Source of the DNA: Klebsormidium nitens
Lineage: Eukaryota; Plantae; Klebsormidiophyceae
Length of the DNA: 49,629 nucleotides
Direction of reading: 5' to 3'
Assembly: GCA_000708835.1 (NCBI GenBank)
Contig: DF237583.1
Coordinates: 1 to 49,629, forward strand
How positions within the stretch are numbered: position 1 is the stretch's first letter; every line of letters begins with the position of its first letter. The translations under genes and the position numbers were made by a program. This document shows positions 1-9,346 of this stretch, one piece after another. The notes under the pieces are model-generated. The model was not told the origin of the DNA and ran no database searches. It worked only from the letters and a program-made list of their open reading frames with translations.

Positions 1-21
1 GCAGTCCCCATTAGGAGCAGT

Positions 22-75
22 ATGGTGAAAATTCTGGAAGCACCCGTACTGCGTGTCCTACTTGTGTCGACTCAA
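22..75 (+). pseudogene. Truncated, recoded duplicate of the glycosyltransferase 5' end
   Basis: ATG at 22 reads MVKILEAPVLRVLLVSTQ; the gene at 1509 reads MVKIVEAPTLRVLVVSTH (14/18 aa identical). Similarity then ends and the frame stops at 166-168. Confidence 0.85.
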
Positions 76-246
76 GATCCAGGGCTATCCTTGAGGGGGC
101 ATATGTATGGCAATCCGTCAGTGAGGAGTCTTGGCATCAAGCTCGTATCATGTCAAAAACCACACTAATTGCATTCTCATGGTTTAGCATGAAGCCCGCC
201 ACACTTAGGGACAAGACATTAGGCAGAAAGAGCACGTTCAAGAGAG

Positions 247-1440
247 ATGGCTGATTCCAGTGTTACCACCAGCATGACGATCAGTGTGAAGCGCAAGCAC
301 AGCCAGATAGATGATCCCAAGCAACTCGTGTGTGGATTTGCTGGCTGTGGCAAGGTGTTTACTAGCCAACGGTCATTCACACGCCACATGAACTCGCACT
401 CGGAGCAGTATGCGCCATTTTCGAGCTACCAGGGATGGAAGCAGCATTTCGAGTACAAGCATATTCACGGGCTCCCAGATGGCCGGGTCTGGAGCAGCAA
501 AGCCGGGCGCTTCTTGAATGGACACTTTCAGGGTGGTTACGTTCACTTGGGGATCGAAGGGAAGACTATCCAGCGCCACCGCTTGAACTTCGAGATCGCC
601 AACGGGCGTGCCATTCTTCCTGGGTTGGATATTGACCACATCGTCCCTTCAAAGACGCCGGACGACAGCTGGGCGAACCTGCAGGAGATTACACGGCCGG
701 AGCACAACATCAAGACTCGTGCGGACAATCCGGGGATGGCCAAGAAGTGTAGTGTGACCAAGGGCTTCCCAGTATTCGTACAGCACATTGCGAGCGGCAA
801 AGAGGATGAGTACGCTTCGATCAATGCTGCCGCTCGAGCGTTGGGGCTAAACGTGGCAGTGGTGGCGTTGCGTGCCAAAGAGGGGTCAAACACGGAGTAC
901 AAGGGATACGTGTTCCGCAGGTGCCCGGTGCACGTGGCCTCGCAGGCGGACAGGCCCGATGAAGAATGGATGGACGCGAAGCTTGAAGGGCGGGTTCTCG
1001 ATGGCATACGGGTCAGCAGCCTGGGCCGCGTCCAGCTTCGCCACGGGAGGCGCACGGAGGGCAAGATTGTGCATGGGCGGCACAAGGTCAATCTTCGGAT
1101 CGACGGGAAGGACGTTGAAGTCTTTGTCTACAATCTCATGGCCCACACGTTCATTGGACCGCCGCCCAGCAACAAGCACACGGTCGACCACATCGATGGA
1201 ATCTGCAACCACGACGTGATTGGCAACCTACGCTATGCGACCAAGATTGAGCAGGGGCGGAACATGAAGAACAACAGGGCCGTTAGCAAGCACGATCTCC
1301 AGGGGACGCTTTTGAAGACGTATGGCACCATGGCAGAGGCCGCCGAGGACAGCAATCTGTCTTACGAGCGGATGAAGTATGCAGTCAGGACGGCCCGCAG
1401 CACGGCAACCGGTTTCCAGTGGAAGTGTGTGAGGCAGTAG
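247..1440 (+). CDS. HNH homing-type endonuclease (C2H2 finger, two HNH domains, NUMOD1-like modules)
   Basis: CGFAGCGKVF..HMNSH finger; DIDHIV...WANLQEITRPEH and TVDHIDG...GNLRYAT HNH motifs; EYASINAAARALG and TYGTMAEAAE NUMOD1-like segments. Confidence 0.85.
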   Translation: MADSSVTTSMTISVKRKHSQIDDPKQLVCGFAGCGKVFTSQRSFTRHMNSHSEQYAPFSSYQGWKQHFEYKHIHGLPDGRVWSSKAGRFLNGHFQGGYVHLGIEGKTIQRHRLNFEIANGRAILPGLDIDHIVPSKTPDDSWANLQEITRPEHNIKTRADNPGMAKKCSVTKGFPVFVQHIASGKEDEYASINAAARALGLNVAVVALRAKEGSNTEYKGYVFRRCPVHVASQADRPDEEWMDAKLEGRVLDGIRVSSLGRVQLRHGRRTEGKIVHGRHKVNLRIDGKDVEVFVYNLMAHTFIGPPPSNKHTVDHIDGICNHDVIGNLRYATKIEQGRNMKNNRAVSKHDLQGTLLKTYGTMAEAAEDSNLSYERMKYAVRTARSTATGFQWKCVRQ

Positions 1441-1508
1441 ATGTACGGGTTGGAGGCCGCGTTCCATATAACCTTTATCTTTTGCCAGCATTGAAGCATG
1501 ACTCCTCT

Positions 1509-2750
1509 ATGGTGAAAATTGTTGAAGCGCCCACCCTGCGCGTGCTAGTCGTCTCAACCCATGTCTCGCAAGTTACAGGATATTCCAAGGTCTCCTGGAA
1601 CCTGCTCAAGCAGCTTGGAAAGTTTGACGATCTCGAGGTCATCCACTACGGGTTTCAGCACTTTAACAACGACTCCGACCCTCAGCAGAAGCGCCTCAAG
1701 GCCCTACCAGAGTCGATCATTGTGCATGACGCCGCGAAAGCCGAAATTCCCTTTGAGCAAGGCTTTGGGATCAAGAACTTTCGGGACTTTGTGAGGCTGA
1801 GCCGGCCGGATGTCATTGTGATCTTCAACGATGCCTTCATTGTGGCCAAGTTTCTGAATGAATTGGCCATTGAGCCGCGCGCGTGCCCGGGGGCTCGCAT
1901 CATTGTCTACCTCGATACGGTGTACCCTTTCGTCAACCCCGACCTGTTGGCAATAGTCGACCGGGGTGCAGACCACATCATTGCATTCACAGAGTACTGG
2001 AAGCAGGAGTTGCTGGCTCAGGGTATAACCAAGCCAATGAGCACGCTCATGCACGGGTTTGATCCTGATCAGATATACCCTACGGAACAGCCTTCAAAGC
2101 CGGCCGATGCACCCATGATCTGTCTGAACCTGAACAGGAACCAGCCCCGCAAACGCTACGACCTGATGGCGATCACCATGGCCCTCGTGTGCGCAAAGAG
2201 GCCCGATGCAAACGTGCGCTTCGTGGCCGCGACCGACCTCAAGGGCGGTGCTTGGGACGTTCCTAGGCTGTTTGCAAGGGAGCTATGCAAGCGGATGGAG
2301 CCGGAGAAGGTGTCCCACTTCTTGGGACACCTTCTGACCGTCAAGAATCCGAGCGCCATGACCGACGAGGACGTGAATAAGCTCTACAACGAGGCGGATG
2401 TTGGCCTTAATCTTGCACAGGGCGAGGGCGTGGGGCTTACATCCCTCGAACATGCAGGAGTGGGCAAGCCCCAGATCTGCGGCCGTTTAGGCGGCTTTCA
2501 AGAGTACTTGGACGACAGCTGCGCCACACTGCTCGATGTAAAGGGCCGTGAGTACATTGATTCAAGGGATGTGATCGGAGGGGAGGCGTCGATCATCGAC
2601 CCTCAAGATGCATGCGATGCTATTTTGAAGTATCTGGACGATCCAGAGCTGCGTGCGAAGCACGGCAAGGCGGCTCGCGAGAAGGTGCTCAAGTACAAGT
2701 GGGAGGACGTTGGCAAGGCTCTCTACGATGTGATTGTGGAGTCCTCTTAG
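1509..2750 (+). CDS. GT-B glycosyltransferase (GT4-like)
   Basis: LNLNRNQPRKRYD and EGVGLTSLEHAGVGKPQI motifs. ATG at 1509 preferred over the track start at 1419, which overlaps the HNH gene. Confidence 0.85.
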   Translation: MVKIVEAPTLRVLVVSTHVSQVTGYSKVSWNLLKQLGKFDDLEVIHYGFQHFNNDSDPQQKRLKALPESIIVHDAAKAEIPFEQGFGIKNFRDFVRLSRPDVIVIFNDAFIVAKFLNELAIEPRACPGARIIVYLDTVYPFVNPDLLAIVDRGADHIIAFTEYWKQELLAQGITKPMSTLMHGFDPDQIYPTEQPSKPADAPMICLNLNRNQPRKRYDLMAITMALVCAKRPDANVRFVAATDLKGGAWDVPRLFARELCKRMEPEKVSHFLGHLLTVKNPSAMTDEDVNKLYNEADVGLNLAQGEGVGLTSLEHAGVGKPQICGRLGGFQEYLDDSCATLLDVKGREYIDSRDVIGGEASIIDPQDACDAILKYLDDPELRAKHGKAAREKVLKYKWEDVGKALYDVIVESS

Positions 2751-3535
2751 AGGTCGTTCACCTTGGGAGCTAAAAGGAATCGCAGCCTGCCCAAGCTAGC
2801 AACACTGAAGATCATTAGCAATGGGAACGACTGCCGCAAGCAGAGGGTCACCTGCCGACAGAGCGACGAGCTCTTGCTAAATAGGTTCAAGTATCGCAAT
2901 GCGTACGTATTGTCAATCACGAGGTCCTTATTCTCTCCTTCTACCTCCTCATTAGCCATGTTGAGCGTGGTCTCTTGAGTGGCAAAGTCGCCGGAGCAGC
3001 TGAGCGTGAGAGTGCTGCCATTGAGCCTGAAGCGGCAGGACGTCCCAATGGCTGACATGTCCCTCATCAGCCTCTGGAAATCCACGGCGCTCAGCGAGAT
3101 CGTAGAGTCCATCTTGAGGCGCGGCACGCTGATCGGGTCCTCGTCAATGTCCAGCAGCTTCAAGGAGTACTTGGTGCTGCTCTTCCTTTCGGGGCTGTCT
3201 ATCCTGATCCCCAGCTGGTGCGGATCTGCTGCGGTGAGATACATGCACAGGACGTCGTTGCTGGTGACCGACTTTACAAGCTTGAAGAGGGATGTCATAT
3301 TCACGCCCAGGACCAGTGGCTTTGTACAGCTGAAGCTCTCAAAGTTTACCGCATCAAGCTCGCAATGGATCATAGAGACCTTTGAGCTGTCCATTGTAAT
3401 GAGCTTTATCCCCACGCCGGGCGTCACGGACAGGTTGACGTCGGTGAGCCATTCTTTGCACAGCTCAATCAGCGAGCGGAGGGCTGTGGCTTGGACGGTC
3501 TTGAGTTCAAAGAGGAGGTCTGCAGGTTGTTCCAT
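2747..3535 (-). CDS. PCNA: Proliferating cell nuclear antigen (sliding clamp)
   Basis: ELKTVQA..., MDSSKVSMIHCEL, LGVNMTSLFKLVK, YSLKLLDIDED, LRFLLAPK; 262 aa, intronless. Confidence 0.95.
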   Translation of the reverse strand: MEQPADLLFELKTVQATALRSLIELCKEWLTDVNLSVTPGVGIKLITMDSSKVSMIHCELDAVNFESFSCTKPLVLGVNMTSLFKLVKSVTSNDVLCMYLTAADPHQLGIRIDSPERKSSTKYSLKLLDIDEDPISVPRLKMDSTISLSAVDFQRLMRDMSAIGTSCRFRLNGSTLTLSCSGDFATQETTLNMANEEVEGENKDLVIDNTYALRYLNLFSKSSSLCRQVTLCLRQSFPLLMIFSVASLGRLRFLLAPKVNDL

Positions 3536-3584
3536 CTCTACTTACCTTTTGCTAATCTGCAAAGCCTTAATACCGCACAACTTT

Positions 3585-3977
3585 TCAGGCCCGTGCGATA
3601 GGCCTGGCCACCTCGGCGTTGCGTTGAGCCACCAGGGCATCTAGAGATGTGGCCGGTGGAGCATCCACGCCAACGGAAGCGGGGTCCTCATCGAGGAATG
3701 TATAGTTGATGCCAGCGGTAGGGGAGGCCTGGTCACCAAGGGTGAAAGGCTTCACGGACACTTGGCTCTCTTTTTTGAGCCATTGAAAGGCCCTTTCGCC
3801 ATACAAAGGGCTTGAATTGTCAATCACAATCGCAGGCACCATGCGGAGATTGTGGGGTCTGTTTCTCCCAACCTGCACCCTGCGCACCCGCTTGCTTATC
3901 TCGGGGAGGGCGTCAAGCAGCTTCAGGAAGGTCACAGAGTGCGGGCATGACAGCGAGTAATACAACACTGTATCCAT
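3585..3977 (-). CDS. Thioredoxin/glutaredoxin-fold protein, NCLDV type
   Basis: LYYSLSCPHS (CxxS) and VPAIVI...LYGERAFQWL. Confidence 0.7.
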   Translation of the reverse strand: MDTVLYYSLSCPHSVTFLKLLDALPEISKRVRRVQVGRNRPHNLRMVPAIVIDNSSPLYGERAFQWLKKESQVSVKPFTLGDQASPTAGINYTFLDEDPASVGVDAPPATSLDALVAQRNAEVARPIARA

Positions 3978-4065
3978 TCTGCAATTGGTCAGTTAAATTT
4001 ACAGCGAGGATTGAGACGTGGCCTAGATTGTGGCCTCAATTCGCTCACCTATAATGCAAGTAAAT

Positions 4066-4247
4066 TGCATCAGTGAGATCAGCAATTTGCATCAGTTGTT
4101 TGCATCGGTAAACTGCATCAGTGGGTTGCATCAGTCATCTGCATCAGTCATCTGCGTCAGTGAGCTGCATCAGTAAGTTCCATCAGTACGTTGCATCAGT
4201 ACGTTGCATCAGTAATTGCATCAGTGAGTTGCATCAGTGGATTGCAT
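4066..4247. repeat. 13-bp-period array of TGCATCAGT with variable 4-nt spacers
   Basis: 13 full copies (3 with one mismatch) at 4066, 4088, 4101, 4114, 4127, 4140, 4153, 4166, 4179, 4192, 4205, 4217, 4230, plus a partial copy. Confidence 0.95.
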
Positions 4248-4718
4248 GGCCCAATGGTCTTGAGACGCGACTTTCAGACCAATGCCGCGTCACCAGTCTA
4301 GGGGTCCGGCTCAACAGTCATGTAACGCGCGTTGTCTNNNNNNNNNNNNNNNNNNNNNNNNNNNNNNNNNNNNNNNNNNNNNNNNNNNNNNNNNNNNNNN
4401 NNNNNNNNNNNNNNNNNNNNNNNNNNNNNNNNNNNNNNNNNNNNNNNNNNNNNNNNNNNNNNNNNNNNNNNNNNNNNNNNNNNNNNNNNNNNNNNNNNNN
4501 NNNNNNNNNNNNNNNNNNNNNNNNNNNNNNNNNNNNNNNNNNNNNNNNNNNNNNNNNNNNNNNNNNNNNNNNNNNNNNNNNNNNNNNNNNNNNNNNNNNN
4601 NNNNNNNNNNNNNNNNNNNNNNNNNNNNNNNNNNNNNNNNNNNNNNNNCAATGAATCACGGCCCAATGGTCTTGAGACGCGACTTCAGTACTGGTGACGC
4701 GTCACCAGTCTAGGGGTC
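4248..4718. repeat. Direct repeat unit on both sides of an N gap, with a 20-bp palindrome
   Basis: GGCCCAATGGTCTTGAGACGCGACT at 4248 and 4659; GCGTCACCAGTCTAGGGGTC in both copies; perfect palindrome ACTGGTGACGCGTCACCAGT at 4690-4709. Confidence 0.85.
4338..4649. other. Assembly gap
   Basis: Run of N. Confidence 1.
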
Positions 4719-4800
4719 TCGTAACGCGATTTTAAAATTGCTGCCGCGTCCTAGTTTGAGGGTCCGGCTTATTAGTACTGAGCCGCTTTTGGGGAGGTCC

Positions 4801-5834
4801 ATGGAAGACACACCCATCGCAGCAGCCTTCAGGAGCGCCAAGTTCGCTGTTGACTTGGATGAAGCCCTGCGTTCTTTAAGTGGCTGTTACAGCAGAAAGT
4901 CACACGTGGTTGCTAGATTGAAAAATGCCTCCTTGTTCGAGCAAGGAAAAGACTATATTGTGTCAAAGCTACCCCTCAGCAAGCACAAATATTATTTGAC
5001 AGAATCATGTCTCAAGCGGCTGAGGTCTCAAAGGGGGGTGAGTGTGAAAACGCCATCAGCAAAGACAAGATCTGGCAACAGGGATCAGGTGGACTTGGTG
5101 ACACGGCTGGAAAGGTTGGAGAGGCGGGAAGCAGAGCTGGAGGAGCAGGTTGCCACGTTGGCAGACAGTCACGTCTCTGGACAGCTGCAGGAGGGGCAGC
5201 AAGCCTCGAAAGGCTCGGTGGGGCATGCAAGCACGGCAGAAGTTGCAGGGCAAGCCGTCATTTTGGATAGCATCAGTGACAATGGTTCTTGGGTGGGGCA
5301 GGGCTGGGTTGACAATGATCAGCTTGTCGATGGCTTCCGAGTCTGTAAGACAGAACTACAGCGCTTGTTAGAAAGGGGCAGCCCTCTGGTCACGGAGAGA
5401 GCATGCAAGCTCTATGACATGCCATGCCCAAGGGGGTTGAAACCTCTGCGAGATCTTGTTTGGAAGCGGCTCACCGCTGCGCTGGGGGATCAGTATGTCT
5501 TGTTGAGCTCCAGAGTCATTACAAATGATGCCAAATCAAGCGAGCAGATGCTGCACAGGGATATTGATGTCTGTGCAAGCCCACAGTCTTGATTGTCTTC
5601 ATGCTGCCGTTTGTGGAGGTCAGTGGAGACCAAGGGCCAACTGAGGTGCTCTGCCCGGGAGGAAGTGCAAAGATGACCACAAAGCCGGGGGCCATGTACG
5701 GGTTTGATGCTTACTTGAGGCATAGAGCAACTGCCAATACAAGCTGTATGAGTAGACCTGTCTTGGTACTCGACTGCTGCTTGCGCTCACACCGGGCTAT
5801 GCTGAGGAAGGATCATTTGTACAAGCTGAGGTAA
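4801..5834 (+). pseudogene. AntA/MSV199-like DNA-binding domain fused to a PhyH-like Fe(II)/2OG dioxygenase, frameshifted at about 5589
   Basis: N-terminus FAVDLDEA...YSRK...FEQGKDY...YYLTESCLKRL. C-terminus QMLHRD (HxD), continued in the shifted frame by IVFMLP..GPTEVLCPG...GFDAYLRHRATANTS..SRPVL. One extra T in TCTTGATT would join the frames. Confidence 0.7.
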
Positions 5835-5848
5835 ACTTTAGAACATCA

Positions 5849-6688
5849 TCAATCAGGCTTTGCCTTTGCTCGTATCTTGATGAAGGTGGCCATCTCTGCA
5901 TTACCCCTGGCCACCATCCTCTCAATCTCTGCTGCACCTGGAAGTGTCTTCTCTGGTTTGGTCTTGATGCGCAGTATGCTACATTCATCATTCGCTGGTG
6001 CGGGGCACAACCGCAGTGCTGCTGCCAGAAGCATGCAGAAGTATGCGTACATGTTGAGCTCCTTGCCAAGTATGCGGTCAGCTCCCAGTATGCAAACTCC
6101 TATCTTGCTGTGATTCGGGATGTCATCCAGCTCTTCATAAGGAAAGTACCGCATGATAGCACCGTCCACACACACCTCGCCACCATGCATGCAGAATGGT
6201 AGCAGAAATGGAATGCTGCAGCTGATCCTTATTGCCTCCATGATTGGCATGTTTGGTGTGGTATCTGCATCAAATGTCAAGGCTGAGCAAGAGTCGAGCC
6301 CAGTTCCGAACATGCACAACTCTTTGCCACGTGCCCGCAGCGAAGTGAATGTCTTTGGTTCACCAGCTCGCCACCCCATGTCCATGTAGGTTTCCACCTC
6401 CTCAAAGAGACGCTTGCCATCGCTGAGGCCCATGATCTCCAGAAACCTAATAATGCTCAGGTCCATGATGCTCGCAAAGTCCAGGCGTCTTTCGATGATC
6501 GACTTGGAGACATCCTTTGCACTGATTCCCAGTGCTGCAAATGCTGCAATGATGCTCCCAGCACTGGTACCCACGAAGCGCGTGGTTTTGTCAAGCATCC
6601 CAGATTCTTGCAGCGCTTCGAGGACACCAAGATGGATGAATCCCTCAAAGCCCGCAGCAGAAAAAACAACTCCTTGGATGGACTGCAT
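5849..6688 (-). CDS. Patatin-like phospholipase
   Basis: VFSAAGFEG..HLGVL, GTSAGS nucleophile elbow, VDGA motif. Confidence 0.9.
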   Translation of the reverse strand: MQSIQGVVFSAAGFEGFIHLGVLEALQESGMLDKTTRFVGTSAGSIIAAFAALGISAKDVSKSIIERRLDFASIMDLSIIRFLEIMGLSDGKRLFEEVETYMDMGWRAGEPKTFTSLRARGKELCMFGTGLDSCSALTFDADTTPNMPIMEAIRISCSIPFLLPFCMHGGEVCVDGAIMRYFPYEELDDIPNHSKIGVCILGADRILGKELNMYAYFCMLLAAALRLCPAPANDECSILRIKTKPEKTLPGAAEIERMVARGNAEMATFIKIRAKAKPD

Positions 6689-6693
6689 GAATC

Positions 6694-7047
6694 CTATTCA
6701 TTGGCTCCGGAAATGTGTTCACTTTGCACGCCCCTGGCCACATCGAACGACTCTCGTTCAGTCAGCTTGAGCAGCACCTTGGAGCCCCGGCCTTGGTTCA
6801 AGAGGATCTCTAGCTGGGGCTGCTCGTCGATCTCAATCAGGTCCTTGGGGACAATATCCACTATTGAAAGCGTTGATGTGGAGAGCAGGTGCCGGCGAAC
6901 CAGCTTGGTGACATTCACCTCCATGCTGCTGTTTGAGAACGTGGCTCGTTCCACCAAGCTCGATCGCAGCACATTACGGTACAAGATTAGCGCAAGGGTA
7001 AGGCAAAGGAATACAAGCACAGGAAGCAACATCGTTCTCATACGCAT
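6694..7047 (-). CDS. Hypothetical membrane-anchored protein
   Basis: N-terminal hydrophobic helix LLPVLVFLCLTLALILY; fills the gap between neighbouring genes. Confidence 0.55.
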   Translation of the reverse strand: MRMRTMLLPVLVFLCLTLALILYRNVLRSSLVERATFSNSSMEVNVTKLVRRHLLSTSTLSIVDIVPKDLIEIDEQPQLEILLNQGRGSKVLLKLTERESFDVARGVQSEHISGANE

Positions 7048-7100
7048 ACTTTCAAGCAGCTCATTGTGTGACGCAGGCCGCAAAAATCTGGCTAAAGGAC

Positions 7101-9344
7101 ATGGCTCCGGTGTTCCTCCCTGTGCTGCTTCTGTTGCTCTCCGTCCTGCCGACCCACTGTACATTCCTCGACCCATCGACGGCTCAGAGCTTCGGCTATT
7201 GTGATATCATGCACCGCCCAGACGGATCGGTGGCCGCCACAAACAGGGAGCACACGTTCTCCGGGCCTAGCTGGGACGTATCAAAGCTTGTTCAGGGAGG
7301 CACCACCTACACTCTGAACACAGAGTGCACGGTGGCTATCGGGGCGGGCACCCTGAAGATGAGCATCGCTGAGCACCTGGGCAGCATAGCATGGAACCCA
7401 AACATGGCCTCTGCTAACGTATCACTTGGCAACTGGGCAACCCTCTCGGTCAATTATGGGGTCGACGGGGCGTTCAATCCTTCAAAGGGGGACAAGCTCA
7501 TCGTATACGTGGAAGGAGCCGCTGCCGGAGTGGACCTGATCTGCAGGTCAGCAGCACCACTGATGCCGGCCGGCACTAGCGGTGGGGGCCTCAAGCTAGC
7601 GGCGGCACGGACAAACCGTTTAATCGGGACAGCTGTCGATGACCAGAAGCTAAGCGACCCACAATACGCCCGGGCATTAAAAGCTGACTTTAACTTTGTG
7701 ACCTGTGAGAATTGCATGAAGTTTGACGCAACGGAAGCTAATCAGGGGAGTTTTAGCTTTGGGGGAGGTGATGCGCTTGTCGCCTTTGCTGCCCAGAACA
7801 ACATGACGGTCAAGGGACACTGCTTGGTGTGGGGCCAGCAGCTTCCGGGCTGGATTGCGGGTGTTGGGGACCTTCAAAAGGCAATGGTCGACCATATAAA
7901 CGGGGTGGTAACGCACTACAAGGGAAAGGTAAAATACTGGGATGTTCTGAATGAGGTGATCGATGATAATCCCGGCAGCCAGGACGGGATGAAAGGAACA
8001 GTGTATCAGAGCCGTTTGGGCACAGGCTACGTCGAGGCTGCCTTCCGTGCGGCCCATGCAGCCGACCCGGACGCTCTGCTGCTCGCCAATGATTACGGGG
8101 TAGAGCTGATGACGGACAAGTCACAGAGGTTCTACGACATGGTCAGCCGCCTGGTGAAAAAGGGGGTCCCTATCCACGGCGTGGGCTTCCAGAGCCACTT
8201 TGATGGCACAGAAAAGCTGACGGACATGGCGACAAACATGCAGAGATTTGCGGATCTCGGGCTTTTCATCATGATCTCCGAGCTGGACGTGCAGTACCTC
8301 AAGTTTCCTGGCAGCGATCAGGACAAGCTGAAGGCCCAAGCAGACTTCTACAAGAAGGTGGTCTCCATCTGCATGTCACAAAGGGCTTGCAAGGCAATAA
8401 CCACATGGGGTGTTCGTGACTCTGACTCGTGGTTGCTAACTCAGATTGGCCCCAATGAGAAACCGCTGCTGTTTGACATGAAATACACAAAGAAGCCGGC
8501 GTACAGCGCAGTGCTTGACGCCCTGAACGATCAGGCACCTGCGACCACAACGCGCAGGCTGCTGCAGGCGGAGCAAGGGACCGCTCCGCTGCCGTTGGGG
8601 AGCAGCTCCCCAGTTTCGGTCACTTTCTATGAGAGTCCGGGCATGCGGTGCAGCGACGGCTTGGGGATGTGTGGATTTGGGAATACCGCAGCAGGAGGAA
8701 CGGACTTTTTGAAGAACGCCTTGTACCCGTTGCATGCCGCTAGTGGAAACTTCGAATTCTTAGGGGGTTGCGGAGCCTGCGGGGTTCTTCATTACAATGG
8801 CCTGGCACGCGGTTACACGATCACGGATGTTACCGATGCAATTGACAGCCTAGGGGAGCGGGACTGGCCACCCAAAAGAGCGCACCTTGATCTTTGTTGT
8901 TCTGAATTCAGTTACTTCCAGTCCCTCGACAAGGGGTACGGGATCGATTGTTCGCAAGGAGGAGAATTTACTGGGGTTTGGACCCGAGTATCTTGCGAGA
9001 CCATGGGCCACCCAAACTGGAACAATGATGGAGCAGTTGTCAGGATCATGAAGTGGAATCGATATGCGGGGGCCTTGTATGTTGCACGATTGCCTGGGGT
9101 AGGTGAGGTTGAGTCAATTGACTTTTTAACAAGCAATGGGGAACACTTTCCAGGAAAAAAGGTGGAGGGTTGGGGAGCATATTACAGTTCAAACACGGAC
9201 CTATCTGGCAAGGGTTCGGTTGGTTTGAAAGTCACACTTGTTGATGGCTCTATATTTGACTGGTCCATGGCCTTCCCCCTGCCTGACTTTGTCCTTTGGC
9301 AGGATGGTAACGTGTACATGCTACCTCTGCCTACGAGTACATAG
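7101..9344 (+). CDS. Secreted GH10 endo-xylanase fused to an expansin-like (DPBB plus CBM63-like) module
   Basis: Signal peptide MAPVFLPVLLLLL; GH10 motifs ENCMKF, KGHCLVW, WDVLNE, GVGFQSH, ISELDV, TWG; RRLLQ linker; then GMCGFG..GGCGACG..HLDL..WTRVSC. Confidence 0.85.
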   Translation: MAPVFLPVLLLLLSVLPTHCTFLDPSTAQSFGYCDIMHRPDGSVAATNREHTFSGPSWDVSKLVQGGTTYTLNTECTVAIGAGTLKMSIAEHLGSIAWNPNMASANVSLGNWATLSVNYGVDGAFNPSKGDKLIVYVEGAAAGVDLICRSAAPLMPAGTSGGGLKLAAARTNRLIGTAVDDQKLSDPQYARALKADFNFVTCENCMKFDATEANQGSFSFGGGDALVAFAAQNNMTVKGHCLVWGQQLPGWIAGVGDLQKAMVDHINGVVTHYKGKVKYWDVLNEVIDDNPGSQDGMKGTVYQSRLGTGYVEAAFRAAHAADPDALLLANDYGVELMTDKSQRFYDMVSRLVKKGVPIHGVGFQSHFDGTEKLTDMATNMQRFADLGLFIMISELDVQYLKFPGSDQDKLKAQADFYKKVVSICMSQRACKAITTWGVRDSDSWLLTQIGPNEKPLLFDMKYTKKPAYSAVLDALNDQAPATTTRRLLQAEQGTAPLPLGSSSPVSVTFYESPGMRCSDGLGMCGFGNTAAGGTDFLKNALYPLHAASGNFEFLGGCGACGVLHYNGLARGYTITDVTDAIDSLGERDWPPKRAHLDLCCSEFSYFQSLDKGYGIDCSQGGEFTGVWTRVSCETMGHPNWNNDGAVVRIMKWNRYAGALYVARLPGVGEVESIDFLTSNGEHFPGKKVEGWGAYYSSNTDLSGKGSVGLKVTLVDGSIFDWSMAFPLPDFVLWQDGNVYMLPLPTST

Positions 9345-9346
9345 AA

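Noticed and set aside
4066-4247. Mini-CRISPR-like repeat/spacer array
   Set aside because: 9-nt repeats and 4-nt spacers are far too short to act as guides.
4121-4713. ORFs spanning the first gap (likewise 30585-31163 and 42625-43308)
   Set aside because: Artefacts of translating N runs.
4801-5834. TET/JBP 5mC dioxygenase call
   Set aside because: The motifs (GPTEV..PG, HRATAN.S..R) fit the PhyH class; DNA activity remains only a hypothesis.
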